Source of the DNA: Psammoneis japonica
Taxonomy: Eukaryota
Assembly: GCA_008632985.1 (NCBI GenBank)
Contig: QPGO01000062.1
Span: forward strand, 1-64,000
Direction of reading: 5' to 3'
DNA length: 64,000 bases
Under the pieces are notes generated by a model. That model was not told the DNA's origin. It made no database searches and worked only from the letters and a program-made list of their open reading frames with translations. Below are positions 1 through 14,100 of this stretch, piece after piece; position 1 is the first letter of the stretch; each line of letters begins with the position of its first letter. A program made the position numbers and the translations under genes.

Positions 1-1510
1 TGTGTGGCAGCAGCAGCTCTGCCAAGCTCATTGACAGCCCACATGGCTTTGATGCCCAGACCACCAAGAATGCAAGAAGTGTGAAAAAAACACAATGCTC
101 ATCTCTGCCTTTTTCAAGGTTCAAGGAAAAATGATTTGTGCAACCAAAGAGCAGCAAACAAGACAAAATGCTGTCATGGACATCTGTCCAGCCAAGTGAT
201 GCCAGAGCAAGGTAGAGGAGGCAAGGAGAACATTGGGCACAATGCCAGCTTTGCAAAAAAGGAGCAAGGTTTTTCTGTTGCTGCTGGGAAGACACCTTGA
301 AGCAAAAATGCCAATGCCTGGAAGGAAGCTGGACTCAAGCCAGTCTGCCCCAGCAGTGCAACACAGCAGATGGAGGCATTCAAGACAGCATGTTTGGCAC
401 ATGACCTTGCTCCAGAGCTGCCATGAGAGAAACAAGAGTGGGTGCAACAATGGCAACACAAACAAAAAAGAGCAAAAGAGAGGTGCTCCAAGCAGAGCAA
501 AAACAAGTTCTTGGTTGCCACTGGAGAGTCAAAAAGTTCTCTGATTGAGGCTTTCCAGCAATGAAGGAGAAGAAGAAAAGGGCATGTCTTCTTGCATGAC
601 TTGGATGCCACAGCACATTGATGTGGCACCAAGCCAGGTCAATGTCAGCAAAATGGAGAGATGACAAAACGTGCAAGAGATTGACAAGCCAGGGTGGGCA
701 TGCCCATCAGAAATCTTGCAGCCAGCAATGCATGTGCAGCGCTGCCCTGCCTGAAACAGCACAGGAGCATCAGTGCCTGCACACAAGAGCGTGAGCTGCT
801 TGCAATGATGCCACACTTCAATGTTGTGGGACACCACTCCAGCAGTCTTTGATGGACCTGCAATGCTCCAAGGCAACCAAGATTGGTGAGAGGATGGTGC
901 TGGAGGATGGGTCAAAAGCATCGTTTGCCAGGGAGATCAGCTGGGCTTGTCAAAGTTCTCAGCTGGTCTGGGAAAGGCTCTGAAAGATCATGACTTGCAC
1001 CACAGCTGAGGGAAAGTGCCCGCACAAAAGGCAGCAAAGGCAAGGGCAACAGGCAGCAATGGCTCTGTCAAGCCAGAAAAAAGAAGGTGGCTGAACAGCA
1101 TGATGAAGTGTGTTTGTCTGATGGTTTCAACAACAAGGTCAAAGAACAGCTGGTGCACAACTTTTGCTTTTTGGGATTGTTTTGCAGTTGGAAAAGTGAA
1201 TGAATGCTGTGTTTGTCTGTGATTGATGGCTCTGTGAAGTCAAGGAAGGTGTGCAGCAATGGCACAAGTGCCACCATCATTTCAGTGAGCACGACAACAA
1301 GAATGTCAAGCGCACTTGCCAGGTTTAAGCAAAAGGGTGATGTGGTTGCTGCTTTGGGTGCTTCCAAGCAACTGCACAAGTAACACCAGATGTGTTCAGG
1401 CCTGTTATGTTGGTGGAGGTTGTTGTCAACAGTTTTGTTGGCCGACTGTTTCAGCAGAAAACTGAAATTTAGTTGACGAGGGGGGTGCTGGAACCCCCAA
1501 ACTTTGAGCA
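1..1510. repeat. Degraded repeat/transposon remnant of unknown family, depleted of TpA and CpG
   Basis: Very few TA or CG dinucleotides, excess TG/CA. Overlapping ORFs are Cys/His-rich and almost Tyr-free, with no recognisable domain. Confidence 0.55.
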
Positions 1511-1751
1511 TTGCTTCTAGTTTTGAAGTGAGCTATGCAAGCAGTTTCTATGGTTCGCTAGAAAACGTCAACTAATGCCAGCAATGGCAGAACCTAGGGT
1601 AACCGTCCACATGTTGGAGCTCGATTTCTGAACCATGGTTGATGCAAGTGAGACTTGCAACCTGCTTTTGCTGCTCCATCTAAATACCGATCAGGATCAG
1701 CTAATATGCTAGCTGTTCACGTCACCGTCCAACAAGAGACGATCCAGCACC

Positions 1752-3741
1752 TTAGCCTTGTGACTGCAATTTCTTTTTGGCACGCTTACGTTCCAGCCAC
1801 CGAATGTCACAGTTGTCGTGGCTCACGTTCATCAGCCTACACTGAAAGAACCTAACCGTTTGCATGTGTTGCTCGAGCCCTGAACCACAATTAGGGTCAC
1901 CTGTAAACAAAGAGTCACCAATCCGTAGCATCGGGACTCGCTTACCGTCCCCCAAATCATAGCCGCCTGGAACCAACGGATCCTTATAGATATAAGGTTT
2001 CATCCGAAAGGCGCTCAATCTTGGACCACGGCCCCACTCGCCAAGGTGAAGTAGGTGATAGCGCAATGCATTCAAAAGTATTTTGTCAACGGAGTTTACT
2101 CGCCAGAGCGGGTCCTCCTCCCAAACTCGGACCGGGATTCTCGACAAAGCGATTTCCGGTCCGCCGTCAGACGAATATTGTTGGATAACTTTTTGCATCG
2201 CCACACCCTGAGCCGGTGTCAACATCATAAAGTGCGCTTTGGCGGAAACACCAGTAAAGTATTTGGTTTTTATCAACTCGGCTATGGGGTCTTTGAAATA
2301 GCCAGTGGTCTTGTACGGAAAGAAAGGACCGACCCAAAAGTAATTGTCCCCATTTACAACTTTTATCAAAGCCCGGGACTCTAGTGAATAATCCCTGTCA
2401 TACGAAAGATCCAGCAACTTAAACATGTGAATGTCATACGGCCTTCCGTTTTCCAGGACGGGAAAAACCATTGTCCCCTCGTTCGGAGAGTTCCGTGTTG
2501 CCACTCTCAATGGGGTACCTTCTTTCTCAAGTACATCAAACCTAGTGCCGTAAAAGTGACGAGCTATGGTATCCATTTCCGGTGAGGATGCCTTCCATTT
2601 AGGATCAATAGATGTTTGTATGGACTTGGAACCATCGTCGAGGTCGCCCCGATTGAGAGGAAAAAGTCGGTGTCCGGTCGCGTCAAACATGAGAAGGTTT
2701 GGTACCTCTCGTAGTAAGTGCTTGAAGTTGTGCAAGTCCTCATGGATAAACTTTACGCCTCTCTCACGATTCGACAACAGCAAGAGTGTCTCCCATACAT
2801 TGAGAGAAAGGCCGTTGTTTTGTCGCCCCTAAACAAGCCATCTAGAAGGTCAGAGATCCTTGAATCAACTATACCCACAAAGCTACCAATGAATTCTCCC
2901 AGCGCCGTCATCCAGTCACGAATGTAGGGCTTCTTGTGGCCATTCTCGTACACTCGAGTTTCAAACATGACGATTCGAATTTGCTGAGTGGCATTGTATT
3001 CTGGACTGTATTGCATCTCTGTCAAGGCATTGGCAAGGAAGAGTCCCACTGGACCCATGCCCACAATGACTACGTTGATGGTATCGTGGGACAGGTGAGT
3101 TGGTCCTAGAATGGATTCTACTGCCACAGTCTTGCTTTGATTTCCACATACAGTTCTGGAATCAAGCCGGACGGTGCAGCGAGGTTGCATGATTAAATTC
3201 TGAAAGAACCCAAAACATTCGTCTTCAATTCTTCCGTCGGACAAGGCCTGCTCGGTACACCCAGCTATGAGTCTGTCAAAGTATGACGACACATCCTTCT
3301 CGTCATCCCAAATAATTGTATTGTTATGGATGTTCGTCAAGTCACGGCGTTTGCGAGCAACGTTAATGTTCTTCGTATTCGCCTCTGCTTGGCTTACACC
3401 AAGTTCTTCGCGAGGCACGCCAGGCTGGTGTCTGAACCAGGATGCGATTTGAACCTCCACTTTTTCGGCCACCGATTCTTGGAAGTGACGTATCATATTT
3501 TCAACGCGTTCATCTTGAAGTTTTTCATCCTGATTGTCCGGAAAGACTGTTGATGCCAAGTGCTCGGAAAGGCAAGAATGATGCAGCTCAACAAGCCAAG
3601 AATCATCAAAAGAATAATCGGCAGTTTACTACGCTGAGCATGGCGGCTCTTTTTGTCACACTTTGATCCGTCACTCTGCTCATCCCTCCTTCTACTTGTT
3701 GACGAAGACAACGTTGCTTTGCGGCGGAACTGGATCACCAT
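1752..3741 (-). CDS. Putative membrane-anchored FAD-dependent oxidoreductase-like protein, with two apparent frameshifts
   Basis: N-terminal TM (LPIILLMILGLLSCIILAF) in ORF 3493..3801. Rossmann motif VVIVGMGPVGLFLANAL in 2753..3559. C-terminal RIGDS...GDPNCGSGL in 1752..2783. Frames overlap near ~3550 and ~2815 with no room for an intron. Confidence 0.6.
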
Positions 3742-4362
3742 GGTCCTGTTATCGCACCGGTGTGTTTTGTTGTAGATTTTACAGTAAGGTTCAAGGTGCA
3801 CTTACATGCTTCAATCTGAAATCTTTATCATCATTGGTGGTAGTTTTTACACAAGACTCAACGCACAGTGGACAGTGGCGCGATCGCACAAAAAATATAT
3901 TCTTATGCATGAATAAATGAATGTACATCAATTTTTCAGTCCCAGTCGTGCAAAGCAACGGTGGTATGGTTGCGCGCTGTTCGTGCTCCTTCGGCATGAA
4001 ACGACGAGCAGAAAGCTTTCGAGTGATTTCAGCGATGAGAATAGATAAGAATGCCATTTTGATTTGCGCCAAATCATCATCTACACAGCAGAATTATCGA
4101 ATGGCGAGAACTGGCCCTCGGAACAAGTAAATACCCAAATTAGCGACATGCCAATTTAATACCGGTACGATGAAGCACGCACGGGAAGTAGGACGTTGCT
4201 TGCACGTTTCATACGTTTTCTCTCTTTGTTATAATTTTGAGCCAAAAAAAAAACACTCCGACTCCTCGCAGGACTAATAAATCCTCACATTATCCTGATG
4301 TACGGAAAGATCCGATACTACTCCCCTTCATCTCAATATTGACGGTGCAAGCATGTAAAAAC

Positions 4363-7300
4363 TTATGCGTCCATGGGTAGCAAAAAGACAAAAACGCGTG
4401 CACCTACTGTGCAAATGTCTTCGTTGAAGAGAGGGAAACTGCCCATTTCCGGTCTCACTTGCCTACCATTGAGCGAAACGACATCCGTGTCCTTGGTAAC
4501 AAAGAATTGGAAATCACTGCTATCGCCGTTGGACGATTTCTGAATCACAGCGGCGACTTCACTGCACGACCCCGCTACACCCCCAATGTTGCAATCCAAT
4601 TCCCCACAAGTTCCGCCGAGAGGTATACTTCCTAGTCCCAAAGACTTGGATGTTCGTTCACGTTCTATGCCCGCGCGTCCAATCAAGCAAACAGATCCCT
4701 GCAAGACAGTTCGAAACCTTTCGTTGACACCTGCCCTGCCATATTCTTGATTTAGAACCAATGACACAATGTCGGCTATGCCAGCTTCAATGGAACGGCT
4801 GTGGATAAATGAATCCACATTCCACGCGAAAAGCGACCCCGACAGCCCCAACAACATCGCACACCCTGAAGGGATATTTGATGGTTCCGCAGTCGATATA
4901 GGAGCACAAGGTCGTAGTTCCTGATGAATAGCTGGAGGCATTCCTGGCGCAGAATCGGATACGCAATACCCACGACCACGTACAGCGGCTACTCTCTGCA
5001 AGACTGATTTGGCCAGATCCTCGTCGCTCATGTCCTGGAAGGCCTTTCGAGGGGTTAACACCGGGACCTAGGGTGAAATGTCAAATAAGCATCATACACG
5101 TAAATATAGGATGAGGGAAAGAGACCAAAAATGCCAGTGTCTCACAAACCAATTGCAACGTACCTTCCCCGCACCCTTTGCTAGAATTTGAGCAATGCCC
5201 GTAGTGTCACCCCTGGCACCACCTCCCCTTGACGCCACCTTGGGCTTCTTCTTTTCCGAAGCAGGACCGTCCTTGGCCGACCTCTTTTTCGAATCCTTTG
5301 ATCCGTCCTCTTCTCCGTCGCCTTCGCCCGTTCCCTTCTTGTCCTTCTTTTTCGTCGCCTTCTTCTTTGCTGGCTTGGGAGGCGGTGCAACAATCTTGCC
5401 AGCAGCAATATCCTTCTTTTCTTGTTCATAGGCCGCGGCAGCTTCCTCGCCTTCTTTTTGAGCTTGCTTGGTAGCTTCTTCGCCGTAAAGGATGAGATGC
5501 GCCCAAGCTGTGAAGAAAGGCAAACAGTTGAGTCAATGCTGATGCTTTCGCACACACCATCCAAAGCAAAAACAATAATGAAACTCACCATAAATGGCCG
5601 CCGCGTCCCATTCGGAATCAAAGGTTCCCAAGTAGTGATTGGTTCCCCCAAACGAAATTTGACTCTGCCACCGATCGTGTCCCTTGCGAGCCTGTCGACA
5701 AACTCCACGGTATGCATATACATGTCGTTTCGAGTTTCCTCCAGTCCTACTGGTCTGACGAGGGTCACGTAACAAAGGCTTCACACCGTTTGGTAGGTCC
5801 TGATTGAGCATAGCGACAACAAGAAGGGTGAGACTAGAGCGCAAGAGCAAAAGTTACGTCTTGCACGGCCTAGCGATATGCTTACCTTGATGTTAATGAC
5901 GGATAGGGCGGGCACGACACTGCTAGCATCACCGCCGAGCATATCAAGAGCTCTACCAGCTGGTGCGCTTTCTTGGTGAACAATCCGCGTCCCGTCGGCG
6001 TTAAAATTCAGTTCTGGGTTTTCAATGTCGTCTCTGTCTTTAATCACTTCATCGTGCTTTCGTGCCGCCTCTTCCAGAGAATCAAAAAGCAACACGCTAG
6101 CATTCTCTTCGTCTTCTCCTTTTTCATCCTTGAGTGAATCTCCTTGGATTTTGATAAAGTGCTTCCCAGCCGGATTCACCCAAACCCCTCGATAATTCGG
6201 GACACGAAAGGACCCATCCTTGTCCTTGTCTTGGGTTTCACCTTGACCACTCTTGGACGGTCCACCGCCACCCCCGCCCGTCTTGTTCTTTTTTCCAGAC
6301 GGAACGCCCTGTCCCACCGTCGAGATACCCCCACCGGCCGGATTTCCTTGATTCCCTCCCGACGGTTGTCCACAGGAACGTTCATGATGTGTTCGCGCTT
6401 GCGACGTGCCACAATCACCACTACAGGTACGGCACAACCACGTTCCGGGAGGAGCGTGCAAGGCCGCCATGTGTTGTCGCAGTCCCTGTTCGGAACCAAA
6501 GTTCCGTCCACACCGTACCGCCAATCGATAGGCTTGTGTACCACTGACGGCTCCGCCGGCACCCGACGCGGTGGTGGAGGATGCCGTGACAATTTCTTCA
6601 CAAACTTGTCCTGCGCATTGGCCTGTTTCATGGCTTTTAATACGTTTTGAAAGGATGTGCTACCGAGCTCGTACCGGAGCCACGAGGTGGAAGCTGGACC
6701 CAACCACGACAATGCGGACCGTCGTGATTGAGTCACCTTGCCATCCGCAACAAAGGTTTCTTCGGAAATCAAGGCCGGGACTTGTGGTTCAAGATTGATA
6801 CTGATACTTGTAGGTTTGGCTACAAGTTTTCCCTTGACCGCGTCCATGGCGAGTTGCTGCTGTTGCTGCTCTTCCCCAGACATCATCGAATCGTACACCA
6901 CCACGGCACGTGTGGCTAGTTTGAGAAAATGTTCCATACTGGGTGCATCCGTCATGATGCGACTCCGATCCCATTCTTCTCGTACGACATCACTAAAGTG
7001 TGGAAGCAAAAAGTTCAACAAGCCCGCCGACGGAACGGAATTGTTGTTGTTGTTGCTGCCGTTTTGCATGGGAGGCATGGTCATGATGCGATATCGTGCC
7101 GTCAATCCGACAAAGAGTCCCTTGGCGTGTTTCTTCTTGCTACTTGCATCCTTGTAGAATCGTTCGGCACTGTCAAAGAGGGCATGGCCATCACCAAAGT
7201 ACGCATGCGACGTTCCCGCCAATCCCACGTGTGCATCACTGGAACTCCACACACCACTCTCCCACAACGCCGCAATGGATCCATTCGAATCGGCCTGTGC

Positions 7301-8653
7301 CATGGACAACCACGACACGCCCTGATCCAACAAGGCAATTTGATACGGGACTTGACAGAGATAGAGATAGTGTTCCAAAAAAGTCTTGTACGAAGTCACC
7401 ACAACGTGTGTTTTGGAATTGGCCAAACCGTGCATGCGACTGAGGTACGTCTTGTCCGAGTCGTTGTTTCCGACAAAGGGCAACACGTTTAATTGTGTTT
7501 GACTCTGAATCGCTGCCGCATACCTTTGAACATGAGGTTGTGTCGTGACGATTAAATGGGGTCCAAAATTGGATTCGACAGTGGCGTAATGCTGCAACAA
7601 GTGTGCCATGCGACCGTGACGGTCGTTCCAATCCAAATCACAATAAACCGCGTGTCCTGCACCTTTGTGAAGAATGGAAACCAACCGTGGTAAACACACA
7701 TTGGTCCATGGAGGAGTATCCACATTATTATGATTTGTCATGGACAAATCAATCAAGGGCGGTACATCTGCACTTGAAGCATTCGAATTCACAAACGGAT
7801 TGCTTGGTACAAATACCGCATTGTTGTTGCTGTTGCTGTTGCTGTTGTTGTCTTGGTTAAAGTATTCGATTCGATAGTCGTGTCGTTGTTTGGATCGTCG
7901 AGACGCATTTTCGACAACAGCCACAGTACGATCACCCAGTGTCTGCGCTTGCAACAAGACAGCGCCCAAATTCAACGCCTTGTCCGTCTTGTCGGAGTTG
8001 TTATTATTTTGAGGAACACTCAATACATCCAACGACGGTCCCGGTGTCAATGCATCAAAGGCTAAATTGCCAGCAACACAAAGAATAGCACGTGATATAT
8101 TGGAACGGGCATCCAAAGCCGCTGCCGAGGACGCCGGTGTGTTGAGTGACGTTGGAATGGCTGGAACGGTGGGTTTGTTGTTGTTGCTGTTGTTGCCATC
8201 TTCTTGTGACTTTTCTTTTTTATTACGCTTCCCACCGCTCTCCTTGTTGCGACTGACTACTTCCTTATTTTCATGAGCACGTTTCAAACTTGTAATGCGA
8301 AGTTGTTGAATCGTCTTATAATCTTGAATCAGTGGAATTTGAGTACTTGATTCAAAACCCGACTTTGGCTTTGTGGGAACTGGATCTGAGGATAGGGCAT
8401 GCAAGACGGTGCAAGCTGCTGTTTCAAAGGCAACACGCACCACGGTTGGTTTGTCTCGACGAATACGTGCCAAACACGTTTCTACATCAAAATGATTCGA
8501 CATTGGAGGTAGTGGAGTCGTTGTTGTTTTGGTAGTAGTAGTGCGAAGTACCACATCTCGTTGAAGAAACAAGTCTTTTACAGCATCACGTGTATTCCAC
8601 AGTGGCTCTTCTTCTGTAGTAGTAGAGCTCTTGGTAGTTGTAGTAGTATCCAT
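4363..8653 (-). CDS. Large nuclear regulator: degenerate SNF2-like region + C2H2-like zinc fingers + AP2/ERF domain(s) + C-terminal FHA-like domain
   Basis: SNF2-like FGPHLIVT, VVVTSYKTF and LLDQG. Zinc-finger-like RCGRNFGSEQGLRQHMAALH and CRTC...HHERSC. AP2 motif YRGVCRQ...RWQSQISFGGTNHYLGTFDSEWDAAAIYAWA. FHA-like SLNG...LFNEDICTVG. GT-AG introns at 5800-5885, 5508-5588 and 5068-5163. One frameshift near 6615. Confidence 0.8.
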
Positions 8654-9234
8654 CGTAAGTCACACAACTACCGATAAGAAAGAAATTCAACTTGAGTGTT
8701 ATGTTTGTACCGGCTCTTTTTGCAATGGAGTTGTCTCGGTGTGCGGCGGCCGTTCAACAACGAAGGGCCATGGCGATGATGGCGATTGTGTTTGCGCTTG
8801 AAGGGAGATCGATTTCACGTAAAAACCTACGTGAACTTCATACGAAGGTCGGAGGCACCTTGTCGGACGGGCACCACACACCCATAAACCGACTGAAACA
8901 GACAAAGAATCATGTGACAAAAACTTGCGTGCAACGGACAGACCTACCGGTACAAAAAGCGATTGTCTCTAGTAGGCCCTATCTCTATCTTATCTACCTA
9001 TGGGGATGCGAACCGTTACCGGCATGTAACCTGAGACTTGTGTTTTGTCCTTTACGACTCTCTAGGATCAGTAAAACTACTATCGAAAACCATCAACAGT
9101 TGGGATTGCAGCTTGTCCAAACTGCTGTGCTGGTGAAGTCGCTGAGCCTGGTTCGAACGCAACCGGTGGAACTTGCAATTGGGGCTCCTTTGATGGGACA
9201 TCCACACAAGGCTTTTTGTTTTTCTTGCTGATAT

Positions 9235-10546
9235 TTATTGAAACGCATCATCTTCTTCTTCATCATCCCAGGATGCAGGATTGTCGTTGCCACGATCGTC
9301 GTTCCTTGTCAAGTCTTGATCATCATTGTCCACTTCTTGCAAGGCAAAGCTGCCCCAGGATCTGTTCTTTCGGGGATTTTTCACATCTACACCGTAATAG
9401 AATTCTCCATCCACAAAATAGATTGTTTCGTTACGTCTGTTTGGGTAGGCTTGGATGGGTCCCACGTATCCTCGTTGATCGTCCTTGGACAACAACCGTC
9501 CCTCGGAGTATACGGATCCCGGTGCCGACCGTCCTGCACCAAACAAGGAAACTTGAAACCACAATTTGTCGCGCCGTTTTCCCGTAAGGCCGTACCGTCC
9601 TCTCAAAATCTTTTCCGTTCCAATCGCGGCAAAGGTATTGTTTGGAAAAAACGTAATTGGCATGACCCGCACATCCATCACGGCCTTGGTTTCATCGTAG
9701 CGAGAATCGTGGGCGGCATAGGCTGGATTTATGGGATGGGGAGTTGCAGTTAGATAAAAGGTGCGATTGTAAAAGTCATGCTTGTGGAATTTGGCCTCGT
9801 TTCGAGTCATCTCTGCAGCCTCCTCTTCTCGTTTGCTCCTCAACCGAGCATTCAAGTTTCCTAGTATTTGATTCATGTGAAAGGAACCAATTTCGCAACG
9901 TCGAAAGAGTATAGGTTCCTCAAAAAAAGCCTTGTGCTTCTTGGGGTACATGAATCTGCCCGTAGATATTTGTCCCTGAGGAATCGACAAATGAGCGTCC
10001 ATATCAAACGAGCCAGCATCTTCTGATGATGATGCCTGGGGACCACCTTGTTTTTCTTCTTTGTCTTGCTCCATGGCCTTGTCGTTTCCTTCAGACAAGC
10101 ATTCACTCACCTGAACCGATAGTTTTCCCACAAAGAGGGTGTCATTCTGAGCCATTCTTGATTTCTTGGGACGACGATCAGCAGCCAATAACAGAGTAGA
10201 ATCTCTGTACTCCCAACACCCTCCATAACACAAGATATCACGAACATCTTGGGGAGATTCGTAAACATCATCATCATCTTCTTTCGTAGGCAGAGTTGTG
10301 TATGGATCAAAGGTACCGTCATTGTTCAGTCTCAATACAATTTCGTCGTCATCACCCACCATTCCTGCCGAGTCGTCGTCTGTAGGACGACTCTTGCTAG
10401 GCTGCAGACGACATAATTTCCATATCCCACATATATCTTGACGGGTAACAAAAGAAGGAGTTAAAGACGATGGCCGCTTTGGGGTATATCCTTGCGTGAC
10501 AGGGAATATAAAAAGACATGTCACAAACAGCGATTTTAGTTTCATA
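9235..10546 (-). CDS. Hypothetical protein with N-terminal signal peptide
   Basis: Intact ORF with normal composition. Likely start is MKLKSLFVTCLFIFPVTQG. Confidence 0.7.
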
Positions 10547-11147
10547 TTCTGGATTTTCAATTCTGACGGGTGTTGCGCCAAACTCGTCTCGTTCAATGAA
10601 AGCACCGAGTTGCTTGATGAAGGGGTTACTACTATGCTTTTTGTAGCTCTCAACAACACTGAAGATCAAAACGAAAATCAATACCCATACAGTCAGATCA
10701 TTCCAAGAGTACAGTAGTCGGCGCGGGGCGGGGTCGTCATGGTGAGTTTCGAAAAGTACGCACATGCCTGCGCCATCTCGCTTCTGGCAAGCGGACAGAC
10801 GCCACTTTTCAGCGCCAGGTTCTGTCAGAGCAGCAGAGTGGCTGCATCACAGTGGAAGGGCGCTCTGCTCCAGCCAGAGACACATCTCAAGAGATGCAAG
10901 TGGCTGTCAGAGCAACAACAAGATCTGTGGGAGTGAGTTTTTTCTTTTCATGTTGGTGGGCACCTGTGACACAGCTCAGCTCCTCCTCTTGGTCTGGCCT
11001 CTTTTTTGTGTGTGAGGAGGAGGCCACAAAAGCTTTGGCAAGCAGAAGAGGCAGACAGAGAGACATGCATGCAAAAGCAATTCACAAAAAATGCAGCTCA
11101 GAGAGTGCACTGGGCAGGTGCTCCACTCCAGCTGGTGTCAGTCCACC

Positions 11148-14100
11148 TGTCATACGATGGACAGACTGTGCGCGGATGATGACCGGGCCATTTAGATGGA
11201 CGAGCAGATCTCTCTGAGATCTGCCTCTCACTTTCTCATCTGCTGGCACTCGTGTTGTCACAGTCCCAGTGCTTGGGGAGTCTCTCATGCCTCTATCATC
11301 ATTGACCTTTGGCATTCTGTCAGGTTGTGGCCTTGCACTGTGCCACAGAACTCTGCGCCAAGCTTTCTGTCTCGATCCACTTGTTTTGTGAGCCGACCGA
11401 GCAAGCCTCATCGTCTGTTCCAACAACAATTTTTTCTCGCTTTCCCGGCATTTTTCATGATCATAGAAACACACCAGATTTCCATGTGTGCATGACCAAA
11501 AATGCCCTCACCAAGTGAAACCATGGCGTCTCCCGACCTCACAAAGAGGCCGCTCCGACGTCCATCACAGAGATCTGTTGTGAATTTCAAGAACATGCAA
11601 TGATGCCTCATTTCCATGCGACCTTGAACAAGATGTGTGCGGATTCAACATTTGATCTGGACCCATTCTTTGACAATCCAGAACATGCTCAACCGAAGAA
11701 AGATTTTGTTGACATGTTTCGAGATCACCTCGTCAACACGGCGTTCCCACCTTGCACGGTTCATCCTGCGGACATGCAGCCCATCAAGACGATCATGGAT
11801 GAAGCTGCATTCCATGTTGTTGACTCTGCCAGGCCTCGTGCGATCTGCATGATGCGCGCATCTCTCTTGTTGATCATCAAGACCAATCTCCGGAGCCATG
11901 ATCAAATCACACATGTTGTCATCTCTACACACCACATTGACATTGACCCCAACATGATGTGGAACTGTGAGGATTGGAAGGAGTTCTCTGTCACGCCCCA
12001 CCTGCAGAACCCACATCCTGCACCATCATCTGTGACCAGTTCAGGACCTGCAACTGTTGGTGTGAATGACTCAATCGCCACCCTCAACGAGTTTGCGTCG
12101 AGCCATGCTCCGCCTTCTGCTGCCTCTGGCAAGACCTCTGGAACTCCTGCAACTTCCACAGCATCCAAACATCTCTTCAATCCTGACACCCCACCTCCCG
12201 ATGTTTGCACATGCTACGACCGCAAAGAAAGTGGTGCCGTCACCCTGAAGAGCTCTCCAGTCCCTTGTGACCATGGATTCCGCCACTGTGTTGATGCGTC
12301 TGACTGCATCATTCTCAATGATGGCACCCTGTTTGTCATGAGCTTGGCCCCCAACCAGAAGATGCCATTCAGAGAACCTCCAATCTGCCATGACGATTCT
12401 CCCGCTGGGGTTTGTGCATGGTGCCAAAATTTTCAACGTCACTCCTTTGACTCAGGATGCTACGTGCATCCTTTGTGGTGCTTCACCAAGGACCACGGCG
12501 GTGAGAAGGGTTTTGAGATTGGCAACGGCAAAGACGATGACTTGCCCCAACGAATGTATGTTCATTGTAAAGAAGCACAAAGTTCCCTTCACAAGATCCT
12601 TTCCAAGTCTGATGTGTTCCCCAAGAACAGCAAGCATCATCGGATTGTTGCCTCATGCTGTGGCAATGGCCACAAGGCTCTCAAGCAAATTGTCCACGAG
12701 AACCACCCGGCTTTTGATCACGAGGCTGCTGGTTTGGTAGATTCCTGCCCCATTCAAGGAAATCTGTCATTGACGGACTGTCACTTGCGTTTCAAGGATT
12801 TCCCACAGCTGCGTGCTCACATCTTTAATGCGGACTCTACGTTGGATGACTCTCGAGAGATGACTGTTTTTGTCAAGAACATCAAATGCTCCAAGTTCTT
12901 ATCCCGTGCTGCTGGGGATGAAAGGAAGTCCCCCACTGTGCTCAAGAAGTGCACGGATGCGCAGATTGTTGAGACTCTGTCTGACTTCCTTTGTCAGTCG
13001 GATGGTCCATCTCTTGCAACTCGCACGACTCCTCGCAATCCACACCACACATGGGATCGACACCCAGGGGATGCACATCGCACAACTGCCGATGTCAATT
13101 CCTTGACTGTCCCGGATGTCCCTCCCATTGCAGAGGATGCGGATGAGCTGCCAGAAGCTGCCGACATCAATCACTCCCCCGAGGATGCCTTTGACTCCCT
13201 CTGTGCTGAATTGAATGACCTTGACACACCTTCCACAGATGAAGATCGTCTTCTTCATCATGTTTGCTCAGCTTTGGTGTGCAAACTCAAGGTTGCTCCC
13301 ACAGAGGCCTCCAAGAAACCATGCCTTGTTTGTTCTGAAGAACACTTGTTCCATGAGTGTCCTGTCTTGAATGACAACCCGTGCATCAAGGGCTTCCATG
13401 TGTGGTTTTGTCAATTCTTGAAGTGCGAAGCGGCTGTGCGAGCCTCTGAATTTCAAGGACCACAAGGTTTGTTGCCGCCTCATCAAGGACCATCTGATTC
13501 TCCACCTGGTGCTGGTGTCCAGTCTCTGGATTTTCAATTGGGCCGTCACAGCTGGTTTCAGATCTCCGACGCAGCCCATTCTCTGCCCACCGAGACAAGA
13601 CCAATGTCAGCGGGATGACTGTGAAAGAGGGACCAACCGTCTCGTCATCTGCTGCTGTGCTGCCTCTTTCTTCGACGACTGACATGGACTGTGCCCCCCG
13701 ACTTGAAGGTCTCTCCTGACACCACCAAGTTGCCTGATGATGATCCCATTCTCCCTGATGGCACATTGGAGACTGATCCTGTTCTGGACTCTTTAGAACA
13801 GGGGAGGGAAGATTTAGAGGAATGTGAATTTGCCAAGTTTGATGATCTCACCTGTTTTTTCACATTGCTGTTGAGGACGGTTTCGCTGCAGTGAATTCTG
13901 TCCGCGTGGTTGCCCCGCTTGACTCACCACATGATGATGAGTTGGATCCACCAGATCTACTCCGCACTGCCTGCACTGTCAATGGTGTCAAGTTTGCCCC
14001 AAATGAACGCTGTGCTCAACTTGACACTGGTGCTGACATTGCCTGCACTGGAGATCGTGATCTCCTGCATCGACACCAGGCATTTGCTCCTTCTGCCCCA

